DNA of 64,000 bases from Stegostoma tigrinum (taxonomy: Eukaryota), in NCBI RefSeq assembly GCF_030684315.1, contig NC_081362.1, positions 79,441,018 through 79,505,017 on the forward strand. Direction: 5' to 3'. Under the pieces are notes generated by a model. The model was not told where the DNA came from. It saw only the letters and a program-made list of their open reading frames with translations, and did not search any database. Below, one piece after another: positions 62,931 to 64,000 of this stretch (position 1 is its first letter; every line of letters starts with the position of its first letter). Both the position numbers and the translations under genes were made by a program.

Positions 62931-64000
62931 CTGGATTTTTCATTTGGTATTCAAGTAAGCATATTTTCCAGTCCCTTTGTTTTAAAGTGATATAAACTGT
63001 GTGTTAATACTGGCGCCCAAACCTATTCCAAACCTGAATGATCTTGGAAACATGGATAACTTATAATTTCCCAGTCACCACATCTGGCTGTATTTTCAGA
63101 GTCTTTGCCAGAACCTGGCCACTTTTTTGGGTGGAAATTGTTTCTTGTTAACATACATTGCATTTACCAACTCTTAATTAAGAAAGTTAACTTATAGAAT
63201 GAAGATGGAATAACACAAAATGTAATGGAGTGTAGAAATTTCATACTTGAGAGTTGTTGTGTAGGCAACATGTTAGTAAATTGTTTCTACTGAGATTGTT
63301 TCTTTTTTTGCAGAGTGTATCAGGTTTATTGGCACGAGGTCTAATTGTTCAGCAAAATCGATTCTGTTCATGATGTTTTATTTAATTTGGACAGTAAATG
63401 CTTTGTGATTGAACTTGAGAGATGCTCTTTTCCAGTCACATGATAATTGCCACTGTGGATATCCAAGGGAGGTTGTGTGTGGTCACTTTTTAAACTGTGC
63501 ACTATAGATCTGTCACACCATTTTCTTGTCTCCAAATGGATTTGTTACTTGATTTTGTTTTATTTGACATTAGACATTGATTTTGTATGGTTTGGACTGA
63601 TTGCTTTTTGGACAATGCTGATTGTTGTCTGATTTGGACAGCACTGATTCTGAAGAGTTAGAATCCAATGAAACCTGAACACAGTTTGTTGAGATTCAGA
63701 AATTGTTTGAGTTCAGTCCAACCCCTTTTATTGGCTTTGTTTCAGATTTGACTCAGCTGTGTTTTTTTAAACCAGTGTGTGATTATGAAATAATAGGGTA
63801 GTGCAGAACGTTTGGACTCGCATAGTATGTTTTACAGATGGCAAGGCAGATATTGCTGCAATCATCGGCACTGGTGGGAGGGCTACAAAGCGGCCAACTG
63901 CTTCATGTCAGTTTCCTTGATTGGGGAATCGTTCCTTCCACAGGTTATCCCAAAAATGGGAAGAAGCAAATTACTTCAAATTAGTTTGTGCAAAACCTTT

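Noticed and set aside
63301-63360. Polypyrimidine-CAG acceptor as the next PRKD3 exon; also tttttag at ~53473
   Set aside because: The downstream frames do not resemble the expected C1a-domain exon.

Overview
AT-rich, repeat-dense vertebrate genomic DNA. The repeat families (HE1-like V-domain SINEs, HER1/CR1 LINEs, DeuSINEs) point to a cartilaginous fish, probably a shark (inference). The only host-gene coding sequence I can support is one 139-bp internal exon of protein kinase D3 (PRKD3, + strand, 31642-31780), so the rest is most likely PRKD3 intron. That space is filled with nested CR1/HER1 LINEs (one near-intact ORF2, one ORF1-esterase+ORF2 copy), Penelope-like elements (PLEs) of at least two families, SINEs, a Rex1/Babar fragment, a Harbinger transposase relic and probable solo LTRs. 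The most notable signal is a PLE terminal repeat (pLTR) carrying a minimal hammerhead ribozyme (CTGATGA-A-GGGT-CTAG-GCCC-GAAA-CGTC). It occurs in about ten insertions, mostly with 11-15 bp target-site duplications (TSDs), and several are ~170-320 bp ORF-less fold-back units. All ten share one end geometry: two outward-facing pLTR ends that stop about 33 nt apart. One copy has its internal junctions exactly at the predicted ribozyme cleavage site. Boundaries of decayed repeats were set by eye and are approximate.
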